A stretch of 63,075 nucleotides of DNA, the filler included, from Pelomyxa schiedti (lineage: Eukaryota > Protista > Evosea), in assembly GCA_020536535.1 (NCBI GenBank). It is 7 parts of 7 records of this genome, joined end to end, with 100 filler letters (N's around TTAATTAATTAA, not from the genome) between each part and the next. Parts side by side here need not be neighbours in the genome. Positions count along the whole stretch, not along the records: positions 1 to 19,409 come from JAHLWZ010000005.1; positions 19,510 to 23,743 come from JAHLWZ010000039.1; 5 more parts are not named here. The stretch is one strand, 5' to 3'. The translations under genes and the position numbers were made by a program. The notes below the pieces were generated by a model. That model made no database searches, was not told the origin of the DNA, and saw nothing but the letters and a program-made list of their open reading frames with translations. Positions 10,172 to 21,829 of the stretch are shown in pieces (position 1 is the stretch's first letter; each line of letters opens with the position of its first letter).

Positions 10172-13100
10172 GTGAGGGAAAAATTTGTGGAGAGGATCAA
10201 TCATACTCATCCCACAGGGCATAAACATCAGGTTCGTCAGTTGTGCACACAGCACTCTGAACGACGTTGCCGGAGGCATAAGTCCAACCAATGTCATACT
10301 CCACACAGTTCTCTGACCAGAAATAGTGCATGTCAACCACCTTGTCACCGGTCTTTTCTGTGAACAGTTAGTTAGTGAGCTCGTTCGTCACTACTCAAAA
10401 AGTCCCAAACAAAAAGCCCACGTAAAAAGGTGCGCGGTTGGGTTGATTGATATTTAATAAGGTGCGTAATATTCTTTAATGAAGGTTGGAAGTCGACTCG
10501 AAACATACCAACGACGGTTGGACCAGGGAAAGAATAAACGGCCTGCCACTTTGGGTTGGCGGGAGCACATTCCACAGTCACGTAAGAGTAACTGTCATAA
10601 TCCCAGAAGCAACCGTCGGCGTACCCGCTCCACCTCGTGGCGTCGACCTCCTCCGAGAAGTATGAGCACGAACCTCGGCACCCGTCCAGCGTGTCTGCGT
10701 CGCAGCTGTACACCTGTTGTGTGTGTTTGTTGTTGTGTTGTTGTGTTGTTGTGTTGATTCTTATGGGGTAATCGATTGATGGAGGGGGATACCTCTACGT
10801 CGGCGTAAGAGTCGTCGGCGGAGCACGTGACGTGATAAGAGTCGGTTGTGATGTCGGAATCGTGGCACTCGGGCGAGTAATAGTTCCAGTGCTTCTTGGG
10901 TGTTGTGCACGTCGAGTCTGAGAACCGTGTGACTGTGATCGCCCTGTATGTGTGTGTGTGGTTGGTTGGTTGGTTGGTTGGTTGGTTGGTTGGTTGGTTG
11001 GTTGGTTGGTTGGTTGGTTGGTTGGTTGGTTGGTTGGTTGGTTGGTTGGTTGGTTGGTTGGTTGGTTGGTTGGTTGGTTTCAATAATGAAAAGTCAGAGG
11101 ACGATCGCGCCGTAGGCCGGATATATATATATATAATATTATTAAAAACAGGGAAGAAGTCTCACATGTCAATGTCGATTGTGAGTGTGTCGATTGAGGC
11201 TTGGCATGTGTAGTCGAACGCGAAGTTGGATGACGTTGGTTCAACCTCGGTGCAGTAGTCTGTGTAAAACACTTCAACGGAAATAAGCTCCGCTGCGAAA
11301 GAAAGCTCATATGAGAAATTTTGTTGCTGCACATAGTGTGACGATGTGAGGAGGGAGAGAAAGTACTCTTTGCGGCATCAGTGTATGTCTTCATGATTTG
11401 ATAAGCTGGGTTGGGTGGATCACAGTGAAGCTCGGAGAAGCTGTAGTCCGCGTAGGCACCAGCGAGGCAGTAGTCCATTTTCATGCCACTGGAGGAAGAG
11501 TAATCAATGTAGGAATAAGTTCCTCCAGTGCAATTGGCATCACCGTTGGACCAGAACTGTTCTTTTTGATTAATGCGAAATATAAAATATATATATATGT
11601 GTGTGTGGCTTTCCAAAGTGGAGAAAAGAAAACACACCCTCAAATCAGATGAGGTGGCAGTTGATGAGCAACCAAAGTGCGAGTATCCTTTCGACGAGTC
11701 TTGATCGGCAACGCAATCTCGAGTCATTGCCCTTCTGAACAACCAGTCATTGCCTTCGCTGCACGACGAAGCCTCCGTTCCAAAGTACAACTCCAAAATA
11801 GCACTGAGGCATATCGTTAGTGCGCGTTTGAACTCGCTGAAGGTACACACTCGTCCCAATAGTCAAATGGATCAGGGAGATTCTCGGCGTCTGTGCAGAT
11901 CCAGTTTGCGAAGGACAATCCGCCATCGTCCGTCTGTGTAAGACAGTGCTCAGTGTAGAACTGCTCAATCATGATCTTGGTTGCTGTGTGGAAAAATAAA
12001 CGGGAAGCCAGATTAAAAGTTCCCAGACACACCTGATGTGTTGACACCGGCAAAGTACTCGATCGTCTGGTATGCCTTGTTAAAACTCTGCTCTTGGGAC
12101 AGTGAGTAATACATTCCATCAGATGATGTAGTTCTGAAGCAGCCGGGAACTGTTTCATCTCCACCTTTGTAAATGTATTGTTCTGTCGTGTAATAACTTG
12201 TACAATCAGCAGCGTAATTAAAGACTTCAAACTGGCGATTGATGGTGAGTTGAGATGAAATGAGACAAAAATGTAACTGACGTTCAGGTAGGAACTGGTT
12301 TCAACAATATTAATCGAAGTACTGGCAGAAGTTGCCATGCAAGTTGAGGCCCACACTTCAGTGGAGGTCAACTCATCACTGCTGCAGAAGTTATCATTGT
12401 GAGAGAAATATCTCAGCACAAATGGTCTGGAAAACTCTCCTGTCAGAGAACACAATGAAGCGTGGAGGGACACACGGGTTCGTGGTGTCAGAAATGAGAG
12501 TCCATGGGCTGGGCTCGGTAGCAACACATGACCAGGTCTCCATCCAAGTGGGGCCAGCAACGCAGTCATAGGAGGCGCAATCATCAGTGTAATAGTACTC
12601 GTACCCGAGGATCGCTGTGGTTCCATCACAGGCTCCAACTGTTGCGATGTTATGGGCGAAAGAATGCGATCTGGACAAGCACACACCTTCACTTAGAATT
12701 GGGTGGTAGGTGATGAGCTGATAGCCCGCGGTTGCTGTGCTGGCAGCATCACAATCCACAGAATAGTAGCCGCTTCCCGAGGAGTAGAAGCATTCGCCGT
12801 GGCGATACCCGTAGTAAGGAGTAAGTGTATCATAATCGTACCCTGCGGCGCATGTGGAGTCGTCGTAGTTGCCTGTTTTCTGGGAGGAGTCAGAAAAGAC
12901 CGAAAAATTCTTGAGGGGAATCTACAGTGATTTCGCCTTGGGCTTGGTTGCATTTCCAACCCCGGTAGGTGCTCATATAAGAAGACATAACACAGGATTC
13001 CTTGGCTACGATGAACTGAAACACCTCTTTTCCGTTGCACTCATCCGTCCATAGAATGTAAGAATAATAACTTGCAAACAAAGTAAGCCGACGGAAGAAG

Positions 13101-13408
13101 GAATTCCAAAACATACGGCTCATCAAAGTAGGAATCGATTGCTGGCATCTCGTCGAGGCAGTGAGTCCAGGAATTATAGTCAGACCCCCAATAGCAATCG
13201 GTGGATGCGTAGCAAGTCGAAGTCTGTTCCACTTCCACGTAGATAGGGCTGCTGCATGAGTCCGAGTCTGCGAAGGTTTTTAGGTTCAAACGGTTTAAAG
13301 GGCGGAAAAAAAACGCATACCTGTCATTTCGTAGTAGATAGTTTCTTCCCATATGGCCGACGTGGTGCTGAAGAACAACAAAAGGGACACCAGAAGTGCG
13401 CTCCTCAT
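10172..13408 (-). CDS. Mirror copy of the Cys-rich secreted protein; its reading frame continues through the palindrome spacer
   Basis: Exact reverse complement of 7074-10171. The spacer 10172-10310 continues the exon (...[28 protein letters not shown]...). Confidence 0.65.
10960..11079 (+). repeat. (GGTT)30 microsatellite, mirror of 9403-9522
   Basis: Perfect tandem repeat. Confidence 0.95.
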
Positions 13409-13802
13409 CCTCTTTGCTTGTTTATTTTTTAATTTTGATGTTTTTGGGTTGGTTCCTCGCTTTTAAATCCTTGGGGCTTCTTGTAATTCTAAATTACATT
13501 TTTACCGGAATTGTGGTTGTTCAGATCTACACACAACAAGAAAAGAAAACTTCGTGGATGTAGAATTCGAATTTTACAATAAATAAATGTTCAAAATCCA
13601 CTTGTGTAACTTGTTGGATGAAAACGAGGTGTAAATGATACTACACGTTCTGTTGCTGGTGTGACAAGAAGCAAGATTTGTGCCACTGCTGATCATCACA
13701 TATCAACTTGTCCCCATCAATGGGCTGTTCACACCCATAACACCTTTTTTTTTTTGTTTGGGGGTGCCAGTCAGTAATAATTATTGGGAAGGGGACGGGG
13801 GC

Positions 13803-14384
13803 CTACTTGGGCAAGGTACTTGTGGCCGGTGGATACGCAGATGGCACTGCACCCCCGTCATGCGAGTATTGTGCATACATAGGATCATAAGGAGCTGGAA
13901 CCGTCACAGGAGGCGCGAATCCCACATTGTTCGTATACACAGTGGCCTCCACACCGACAGGCGTCATCCCGCCACCACCAGTCGAAATCTGAACCATAGG
14001 TACAGCAGTGATACCACCACCAACAGTCACAACACCAACACCATCATACGAGGCCTCGTACTTCCCATCGCCCTCAGTCTTCTTCTTGTGGCTGCGGCGG
14101 CAGCAGCAGCAGCATGCCACTATCCCACAAGTGAGAATGGCGGCGGGGATCAGGATGCAGGCCAGCACGACGGCGGCGGTCTCGCCGGGGCTGCACGCGA
14201 CGTGGGTGCGGTACGCGCGGCTGCCGAACGCGACGTCGTCGCAGTCCTCCCACGGGTCCGGGTTGCACAGGCACGCGCTCGCCGAGTCGAAGAACGAGCT
14301 GCCGCGGCAGTAGGTGCAGTCGGGCCCAGAGTCCAGGCACGCGTCGCAGTCCGCCGTGTCCAGCGCCACCAGGTTGTTTCCCAT
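13803..14384 (-). CDS. Mirror copy of the small Cys-rich membrane protein
   Basis: Identical translation to 6098-6679. Confidence 0.7.
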   Translation of the reverse strand: MGNNLVALDTADCDACLDSGPDCTYCRGSSFFDSASACLCNPDPWEDCDDVAFGSRAYRTHVACSPGETAAVVLACILIPAAILTCGIVACCCCCRRSHKKKTEGDGKYEASYDGVGVVTVGGGITAVPMVQISTGGGGMTPVGVEATVYTNNVGFAPPVTVPAPYDPMYAQYSHDGGAVPSAYPPATSTLPK

Positions 14385-14627
14385 AATGTTATGTTGTTCT
14401 GTGTGGTTTCGGCGTGTCGCGTGCCGGCGAGCTGCTTTCGGTGCGGTGGCGTTTCGCTCTTTAATTGAGCGCTGATGGCGTTGTTTTTTTTTGTTGTTGT
14501 ATTTTTTTTATTTGGTTTCTTCTAAGGCGCGGTTTGATAATAACGGTTCAAACGTCGCCGTTTGATCAACCGGTTTTTATTTTGTTTGTTTTGTTATTTA
14601 TTGAAAAATAACCCTTGGTGGTTGTTT

Positions 14628-15855
14628 TCAGAACTCTTGTGTGGAGCACTGGGGTGAGGAACAACCTTCGTTCTCAGAGTCTCCTTCGTTTGCTTTGGAT
14701 GGAGGCATGTTAGGGATCAGGGCCTTGTGGATGTGAGGTATGACTCCTCCGCCGGCGATAGTACAGTGTTTCATTAACTGGATTATGTTAGAGAGTTGCC
14801 GTTGGGTAAGATGCACACCTTGTCCAGCTCCTCATCACCGCGGATAGCGAGTTGAAGATGCCTGGGGGTAATGCGCTTCACCTGCAGATCTTTGGAGGCA
14901 TTGCCGGCAAGTTCTAGTACTTCAGCTACAAGGTACTCTAACACGGCAGCAAGGTAAACGGAAGCAGCTTGTGAGAGGTTAGTGTTTCACATAGCAGATT
15001 ATATTTGGGTACTTCCGCCTATCCGCTTGCTATAGTGACCCTCCTTGAGCAACTTCGTAATTCTTCCTATAGGAAACTGGAGACCGGCCTTGGCAGAACG
15101 AGTAGCGCACCTTGGTTTGCGATATGCAGCAGTAGAGCGGTCGGGCCTTGCAACTCCATCGTCATTTTCATTCCATTTCACACCAGAATCCTCCTCATCA
15201 GTACTGTCAACCTCCTTAGCTTTACTGGGTAGTGCGCCATCGGAATCCACAGAATCTGCATCTCCATTGTATTTGGTAACAGCCTGTTGGAAAAATTTTT
15301 TTTAGGGGAATTGGAGAACAATTCGATACTTTGGTCCCCTCAGATATCGCGTGTTTTGCTAGTTCTGAAACAAGAACCAGACGAACTGCAGTCTGTATCT
15401 ACAATGATGTCAGTTCTCGGTTGAAGCTGTTTGGTCGTACCTCCCTACTGCCAAGTGTTCCAAGATGATTAATTTTACACAACAAAGAAGCCTCCTTCGC
15501 CACTTTTCTCAAGTTATCATTTACATAGTCGTTCATGATCTGCAGCAGACGTTTTTCAGTTTAGTTTAAACATAAGGCTCAGATGGAGTGTTGAGGGAGG
15601 GTCGTGGCCGGGAGGGGGTAAAAAAAAACAAAAGGGATGATGGATTCAGGCCATTGTTTAACTTTCCAGTTTAACCAAAAAAACAAAAAACAAAGAAAAT
15701 TAAATAACAAAACAGAGAAGAGTGGCAACGGGACGTGCCTGCATTGCCTTCTTTGAGATCCCAACGTCGGGGTGCACTTGTTTCAACACGCGGTACACAT
15801 ACACCGCAAATGACGTTTCCTGGTCCTTCTTTCTTGACGATCTCCCTCGCGGCAT
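14628..15855 (-). CDS. H2B-H2A: Mirror copy of the fused histone H2B-H2A doublet
   Basis: Reverse complement of 4627-5854 within the palindrome arm. Confidence 0.88.
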
Positions 15856-16103
15856 TGCGTTATTCACCTGTGTGTTGCCCCTGTGTGTCTACCCGTCCTT
15901 TCTTTTCTTTCAAAAAAAAAAACCCGTTCAATTTACGGAACCGTTGTAGATACGAGATAAGCGTTTGACGCTCTCCTTTGAGGAGCTCTCCTCTTCCCTT
16001 CAGTAAAGGAAGCTTTCACATTTTGGAGGTGCTACGGCGCAACACTCCAGGACCCAGAGTCTACCATCAGTTACGAGTTTTCACAAACGGAACCGAGCGG
16101 ATC

Positions 16104-18635
16104 ATGTGTACTTCGACAACGTCAAACGACACTGCGTCGTCGTTCCTACGCTCGTTCGGCTTCGGCGATGACGACTACGACGGTGCTTGTTGTAGTGCGC
16201 CCCATAATGTAGTTATTCCCGGTGACTCAGGAGTACAAGGGCTGAGAGAAAATGATACCGCTGTGCACAATAACCACAACAACAAGGCCGAGAGGGTGCT
16301 GTGGGTGTCCTCGTTCTTGTGGAAGTTTGTGTTTCCCGTGCTGGTTCCTGGACTGAGGAACGGGTTCCGGCCGGAATACTACACACAATCAGAGTGGAAC
16401 CGAGTGTGCGGCGACGGCGCGGAAAGCAGGTGGGGCGAGGAGTCCTCGCGGCCAATGTGCGACTGCATGGACAGAATGTGCAGCGAGGCCGTGAGAGACT
16501 CGCGGCTGGCGTCGCACCTGAGGCACTACGAGGGCGCCGAGGAGGCGCTGCTGCTGGGCTCGACCGGCGCCATGTTCCCTCTGCTGGCTCTGGTCTCCAA
16601 GGCGCTGGTCGGCAAGTGGGGGGGCTGGGACAGGGCCATGAACGCCGCGGCTACCCACGGGAACACGGAGGTGGCAAGGTGGCTGCTCGAGCACGCTCCC
16701 GCGAGGGAGGTTGTGGAGACAAGGGACTGCTTGGAGTGGAGGAACGTAGGGTCTGAGGTGGTCTTTGAGTGCGGCGCCGTGAGGAACGTGGTGGATAAAG
16801 TGGCTTACTCGTGGCTGAAGCCTTCCGCTGCTGGCCCGTTGGTGTACAGCCTGGGCCACGGGAACATGAAGTTTGCTCGCTGGGTAATGGATACCGTTTT
16901 TGGGACAAGGGGAGCGTGGACAGAAACTGAAGAAGCGGAGATAATTACGGCCCTGTATGCATGCTGCTCAGTGGGGCAATTGAAAGGCGTGAAGTGGATT
17001 CTGGAGTCCCTACCACCTGATACTTGGGTGTTGCATGGTCATAAAGCTCTGAGAAATGCCTCCTCTTCTGGGAATGTTGCTTTGCTGGAGTTCATTTGGG
17101 ACTTCTATGAGACTACGGACTGGGAATTAACGATCCCCCTGAGGAAAGCTGCATCCTCAGGTTGTGCTGAAGCGTTTATGTTCTTTAGGGACAAATATAA
17201 TGCAGCTATGGCATCGAAGGCCTGGGAAGCACTTAATTACTCCACTATTGACGAGCACCTGAAAATCACTGTTTTTTACTCTGTGAAGTGGTGGGAGGAA
17301 AACCTACTGACAGCCTGCGAAACTGGTAATACCAAATATGTACAAGTTCTATGTGGAGGGATGCCAGACCAAGTTCCTGATGTTATAAACGCCATACTAT
17401 TGAAGTCTATCAATCTTGAAACGTACAAGGTGTTACTGGAAAGATGTGCACCATCACATGTGAGCCGAGAAACAATAAAAAAGGTGGCTGTGAGATTGTG
17501 CATACAAGATTCTGTAGAATCACTAGCGTGGCTGCATGCAACATTTACCTTAAGAGAGGAAGAAGTGCATGAAGAATCTTTGCTGGCCGTTTCTACAGTC
17601 CAAAGTTACTTGGAAAGCCAGGTTGCAAACCCTTGTAGGTTCAGAGCTGCAGGATTCCTATCACAGAATTTCAAGTGGAGTGAAAGTGACCTGTTTCAAG
17701 TAATTTCCGACTGCTGGTCACACACATTAGTGGGCCCGTTTAGGTGGCTATTAGATACATTCTCTTCTACCTTCCAAAGGGCCCAGTATCTGTTTATGCT
17801 GGATACTTTCATTACCAAGCCATCATGGTCCAATTTTCCAGACAGAGAGAACTTTCTAGCTGAGGTTATTCCATATGTACTAAATAGAGGCTACTCTACC
17901 GAACATGATATTCTTTCCATGATTTCTGCTGTCGACCCCAGCCCTGAGAGGCTGCAGTGCCTTTCCAACTTCTTTGACTTGCACAAGTTGGTTGCCTTTC
18001 TGCCAATGCAGAAGGTGGTCAGTCAGGCTCTTTCTTTTGACATGGCAAAGCAAACCACGGATCCAAAGAAATCACTACTAGTACTGTGGACTCTGCAGTA
18101 CTTCCATGTAACACCAGCCCTTGTTCTTCCGGACCTATGGTACTCACTCTGTAGCACCTACCGGCTTCCCATGATGGTTGCACTTGGGAACCTATCTCCC
18201 TGCTGCTGTGAATTCCAATCAGATGACATGAAGAAATTGTTCACCAAGTTCCTTGATACAAACCACCTCAGCTGTGCCATTTGGTTCGCCAACAAGTTCA
18301 GGCTCAACAAAGGATACCTCAGTGACCCCTCATCCCTATTCCTCTCACTGTTCACCCACGGCCCGTCCCACTTCCCAGAGCTCAAGTGGTACACAGAATA
18401 CTTCCTACTGACCCCAGCAGAAGCCCTTGGATCACCACCAACACCCAGCCACCTGGCTGACCTTATGTATGTGCTAACTGACCAACTTTCCACAAGAAAC
18501 ACACAGGACAACAGCAAACACACAGGCAGAATGATACAGTGGCTCATTTCCTTCTTCGGGATCACACCCGAATCCATGTCACTTCTTCCCCTGGGTTCCT
18601 TTCCAGGCGACACACCCGAAAGAACCTTATTTTAA
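16104..18635 (+). CDS. Mirror copy of the ankyrin-repeat-like protein
   Basis: Identical translation to 1847-4378. Confidence 0.72.
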   Translation: MCTSTTSNDTASSFLRSFGFGDDDYDGACCSAPHNVVIPGDSGVQGLRENDTAVHNNHNNKAERVLWVSSFLWKFVFPVLVPGLRNGFRPEYYTQSEWNRVCGDGAESRWGEESSRPMCDCMDRMCSEAVRDSRLASHLRHYEGAEEALLLGSTGAMFPLLALVSKALVGKWGGWDRAMNAAATHGNTEVARWLLEHAPAREVVETRDCLEWRNVGSEVVFECGAVRNVVDKVAYSWLKPSAAGPLVYSLGHGNMKFARWVMDTVFGTRGAWTETEEAEIITALYACCSVGQLKGVKWILESLPPDTWVLHGHKALRNASSSGNVALLEFIWDFYETTDWELTIPLRKAASSGCAEAFMFFRDKYNAAMASKAWEALNYSTIDEHLKITVFYSVKWWEENLLTACETGNTKYVQVLCGGMPDQVPDVINAILLKSINLETYKVLLERCAPSHVSRETIKKVAVRLCIQDSVESLAWLHATFTLREEEVHEESLLAVSTVQSYLESQVANPCRFRAAGFLSQNFKWSESDLFQVISDCWSHTLVGPFRWLLDTFSSTFQRAQYLFMLDTFITKPSWSNFPDRENFLAEVIPYVLNRGYSTEHDILSMISAVDPSPERLQCLSNFFDLHKLVAFLPMQKVVSQALSFDMAKQTTDPKKSLLVLWTLQYFHVTPALVLPDLWYSLCSTYRLPMMVALGNLSPCCCEFQSDDMKKLFTKFLDTNHLSCAIWFANKFRLNKGYLSDPSSLFLSLFTHGPSHFPELKWYTEYFLLTPAEALGSPPTPSHLADLMYVLTDQLSTRNTQDNSKHTGRMIQWLISFFGITPESMSLLPLGSFPGDTPERTLF

Positions 18636-18886
18636 TTGGTTTTGACTCTCGGGAATCAACAAAATCTGGAGTTCACTGTGTGGTTGAAAACCCGCATTCC
18701 CCGAAGGAGACTGATCAACGAAATCCCTGAGATTGAGTGTTTCGCCTCAGTCTTTTCTCGTCCTACAAAAAAAACAACAAGTAAGAACAGAAAACACAAA
18801 ACACAAAACACACAACGCAAAACAAAAAAAAGCCACAAACCCCCCCGAACCAACACTGCAAAGCCAGCAAGCCAGCAGAACCAAAA

Positions 18887-19409
18887 ATGCCCAAAGGGAA
18901 CAAGGTACAACCCCAGGACAACAGCACCCCTCCTCTGCCATCGTCATCCGTGATTGTGCGAGCAGAGAGCGCAGCACCGTCCACGGCCAACACCAACGCC
19001 AGCAGCCAGCAGGCTCAGGTGGTGGTCATGATGGACGCCGCCGTGATGGCCACCCACGTCGCCGACGAGTACCGCCAGGAGCTGATCGAGGACCAGGCCA
19101 GCATGAACGAGGCCAGGGCCATCGCAACAAAGGGCGCACCTCGCAACAGCAACAACAACAAGCACGGTAACGGCGGCGGCAGCAACAAGGAGGAACACCA
19201 CAGAAAAGGGTGTCACTGTTGGTCTCCCTCAGTGCCTTTCGGTCTAGTGCTCATTGTCACCTCCGTATGGTTTTTTGTTTCCCCATTATTCTCGTTATTT
19301 CTGGATGATGGGATCGAACTTTCGTTGACAATCGATTCTTGTAGGTTGTACTTGTGGTTGCTCCATGCAGCATTGTGTGGGCCACGTCGTATGAAAAGGC
19401 TGATGAGAG
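18887..19409 (+). CDS. Mirror copy of the membrane protein 5' part (truncated at scaffold end)
   Basis: Reverse complement of 1073-1595. Confidence 0.5.
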
Positions 19410-19509
19410 NNNNNNNNNNNNNNNNNNNNNNNNNNNNNNNNNNNNNNNNNNNNTTAATTAATTAANNNNNNNNNNNNNNNNNNNNNNNNNNNNNNNNNNN
19501 NNNNNNNNN
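19410..19509. other. Artificial scaffold linker N44-TTAATTAATTAA-N44 (also at 23744-23843, 48858-48957, 51944-52043, 56717-56816, 58820-58919)
   Basis: An identical 12-mer with stops in all six frames, centred in a 100-nt N run, occurs six times. Confidence 0.98.
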
Positions 19510-19914
19510 AGCCAATAATAGCACCATGCAGTACTGACTCACTACGTAACAATTGATGGGGATGACAGGTACATAATTCCATTGGGGATACTCACACCAC
19601 TTGAGGAACTCCTGGAGCACGACCCAGGTGGCGATGAGAACCAGTGCAAACTCATTGTTGTCATTATTAGAGTACTTCTTCCTTTTCTGTGTCAAAGGCA
19701 TTATTAAAACTGGCAGGCACTTGAAAAAATTCTGGCCACAGACACAGAAACTCCAAGCAAGCTTTGGGCAAGTTATTACAACAACAGACTTGGGAATGCT
19801 TTGTATTTACTGCAAAGCAATGGAAACCAAACCGTTGTTTCAATGGCAACCAAGTTGCTTGCAAAATATGATCCTGACAAGGTGGGTGCTGAGGAGAGAA
19901 TGGACACAGAGTAA
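19510..19914 (+). CDS. 3' end of importin-alpha-like ARM-repeat protein, copy A (partial)
   Basis: Near-identical to about 21153-21620; ends ...LLQSNGNQTVVSMATKLLAKYDPDKVGAEERMDTE*. Confidence 0.6.
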
Positions 19915-20122
19915 ATGTAATAAAACCATTTGTTAGCCTTACATCTTTATCAGGATGATTTGAACGAAAATGACAAAGGAGCACAGGTGAGAGAGTTTAT
20001 TGAGAATGTCACTGTTTATCTCTTGCAACTCAACTTTCGGCGACTCGGGTTGTGTGATGAAATGTGATGTTTTCATGATCATCAGTATTTTCCCTCTCAT
20101 TCACGCGCACACATTTATTTTG

Positions 20123-20562
20123 ATGATGCTTCTGGGGAACCGCAGGGGAACCACTGGGACCAGCGCGGCCACCAACGTTGGTGTTATTGACTCGGGATTT
20201 GCGGAGAGCATCGTTCGAAACATCTACGACTTGAAAACGCTGTCAGCCCTCGACAGGGTCAACAAACTATTCCACTCCTTCGCTTCAGTGTATGTATCCA
20301 TGTGGTTTGTCCCAATGCAGCGAATTAATTAATTAATGACTGAGGGGTGTGTTGTGGTGACAATTGTTAACATTCAACAAAGAAAGCTGAAGGCACTCCG
20401 GACAGAGGGTTGTGTGAAGTGGGTGACAGAACGACCACCATTGCCGAAGCCTGGAATTTGGGTTGGGATCACAGGGATCAAGGTGTGTGTGATTGGGGAC
20501 ACTGAATCCGGAAAGACCTGCATTGTGGATCGGCTCGCTGGCAGAGATTTGCGGGAGGTGCA
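20123..20562 (+). CDS. F-box-like/Rab-like small GTPase, copy A, 5' part (gap-truncated)
   Basis: MMLLGNRRGT...; P-loop KVCVIGDTESGKT; paralogue or allele of 21830-22997. Confidence 0.7.
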
Positions 20563-20662
20563 NNNNNNNNNNNNNNNNNNNNNNNNNNNNNNNNNNNNNN
20601 NNNNNNNNNNNNNNNNNNNNNNNNNNNNNNNNNNNNNNNNNNNNNNNNNNNNNNNNNNNNNN

Positions 20663-21620
20663 CTCCGATCAGTGCCGGAGAAGCTCAGGAAAGTGAACAC
20701 CCAGATTCAACTTATTTTCTCACAAACAAACAGAGCGTAATCGACGCCGGTATTTTTGAAGCTCTGATCCCGTTGTATGAACAAAAAAAACCCTCTTCCT
20801 CCGTGTGTGTTCACATTTTACCTCATGTCAGCTTGCTTGGGGCCAATAAGCTATTTATGAAGGAGTCATGTTGGGTGGTGTGTAGTATCATACAGTCAAG
20901 CACTGATCTCTTCTTTCCACAACACACAGCTCTCTAACCTTGCCGGTGGCACAAAGTAAGTAGCAATACTAGTGGCAATCTAATCATGGCACCACACAAA
21001 ACCAACAGGGAACAAGTGACAGCACTTTGCAAGAGTGGAGTTGTTCCACACGTTGTGAAATGCTTGGCATCAGATGATGTGGAAATTCGCCGTGAGGCGT
21101 GCTGGGTCATCTGCAATTGCATTGACACTGACGATCCTCAAGTCCTTCAGTAAGCCAATAATAGCACCATGCAGTACTGACTCACTACGTAACAATTGAT
21201 GGGGATGACAGGTACATAATTCCATTGGGGATACTCACACCACTTGAGGAACTCCTGGAGCACGACCCAGGTGACGATGAGAACCAGTGCAAACTCATTG
21301 TTGTCATTATTAGAGTACTTCTTCCTTTTCTGTGTCAAAGGCATTATTAAAACTGGCAGGCACTTGAAACAATTCTGGCCACAGACACAGAAACTCCAAG
21401 CAAGCTTTGGGCAAGTTATTACAACAGACTTGGGAATGCTTTGTATTTACTGCAGAGCAATGGAAACCAAACCGTTGTTTCAATGGCAATCAAGTTGCTT
21501 GCAAGATATGATCCTGACAAGGTGGTTACCTCTGCTGATGACGACGAAGATAACCAAAAAAGAAGCAACACAAAGACAAACACAACTTCAGGTGCTGAGG
21601 AGAGAATGGACACAGAGTAA
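20663..21620 (+). CDS. Importin-alpha-like ARM-repeat protein, copy B (3' part, multi-exon)
   Basis: Spliced ARM motifs SVIDAGIFEALIPL, KESCWVV..SNLAGGTK|EQVTALCKSGVVPHVVKCLASDDVEIRREACWVICNC. C-terminal LLQSNGNQTVVSMAIKLLARY plus an acidic tail. Confidence 0.7.
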
Positions 21621-21829
21621 AACCATTTGTTAGCCTTACATCTTTATCAGTATGATTTGAACGAAAATGACAAAGGAGCATAGGTGAGAGAGTTTATTGA
21701 GAATGTCACTGTTTTTTTTATCTCTCCCCTAACTTTCGGCGACTCGGGTTGTCAACAAGTGTGATGAAATGTGATGTTTTCATGATCAACAGTATTTTCC
21801 CTCTCATTCACGCGCACACATTTATTTTG

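Larger units (their letters stand above)
1073..19409. repeat. Giant inverted repeat: arms 1073-10171 and 10311-19409 (9099 bp each), 139-bp spacer
   Basis: Every ORF at x..y has an identical mirror at 20482-y..20482-x (e.g. 1847-4504 and 15978-18635). Junction TCTGGTCAGAG (10161-10171) pairs with CTCTGACCAGA (10311-10321). Confidence 0.97.

Noticed and set aside
14628-15855. Second independent histone-doublet gene
   Set aside because: It is the exact mirror inside the palindrome, so probably the same locus.
19454-19465. Recurrent TTAATTAATTAA motif (six copies)
   Set aside because: Always centred in a 100-nt N run; it is an artificial concatenation linker. Gene neighbourhoods across linkers are therefore meaningless.
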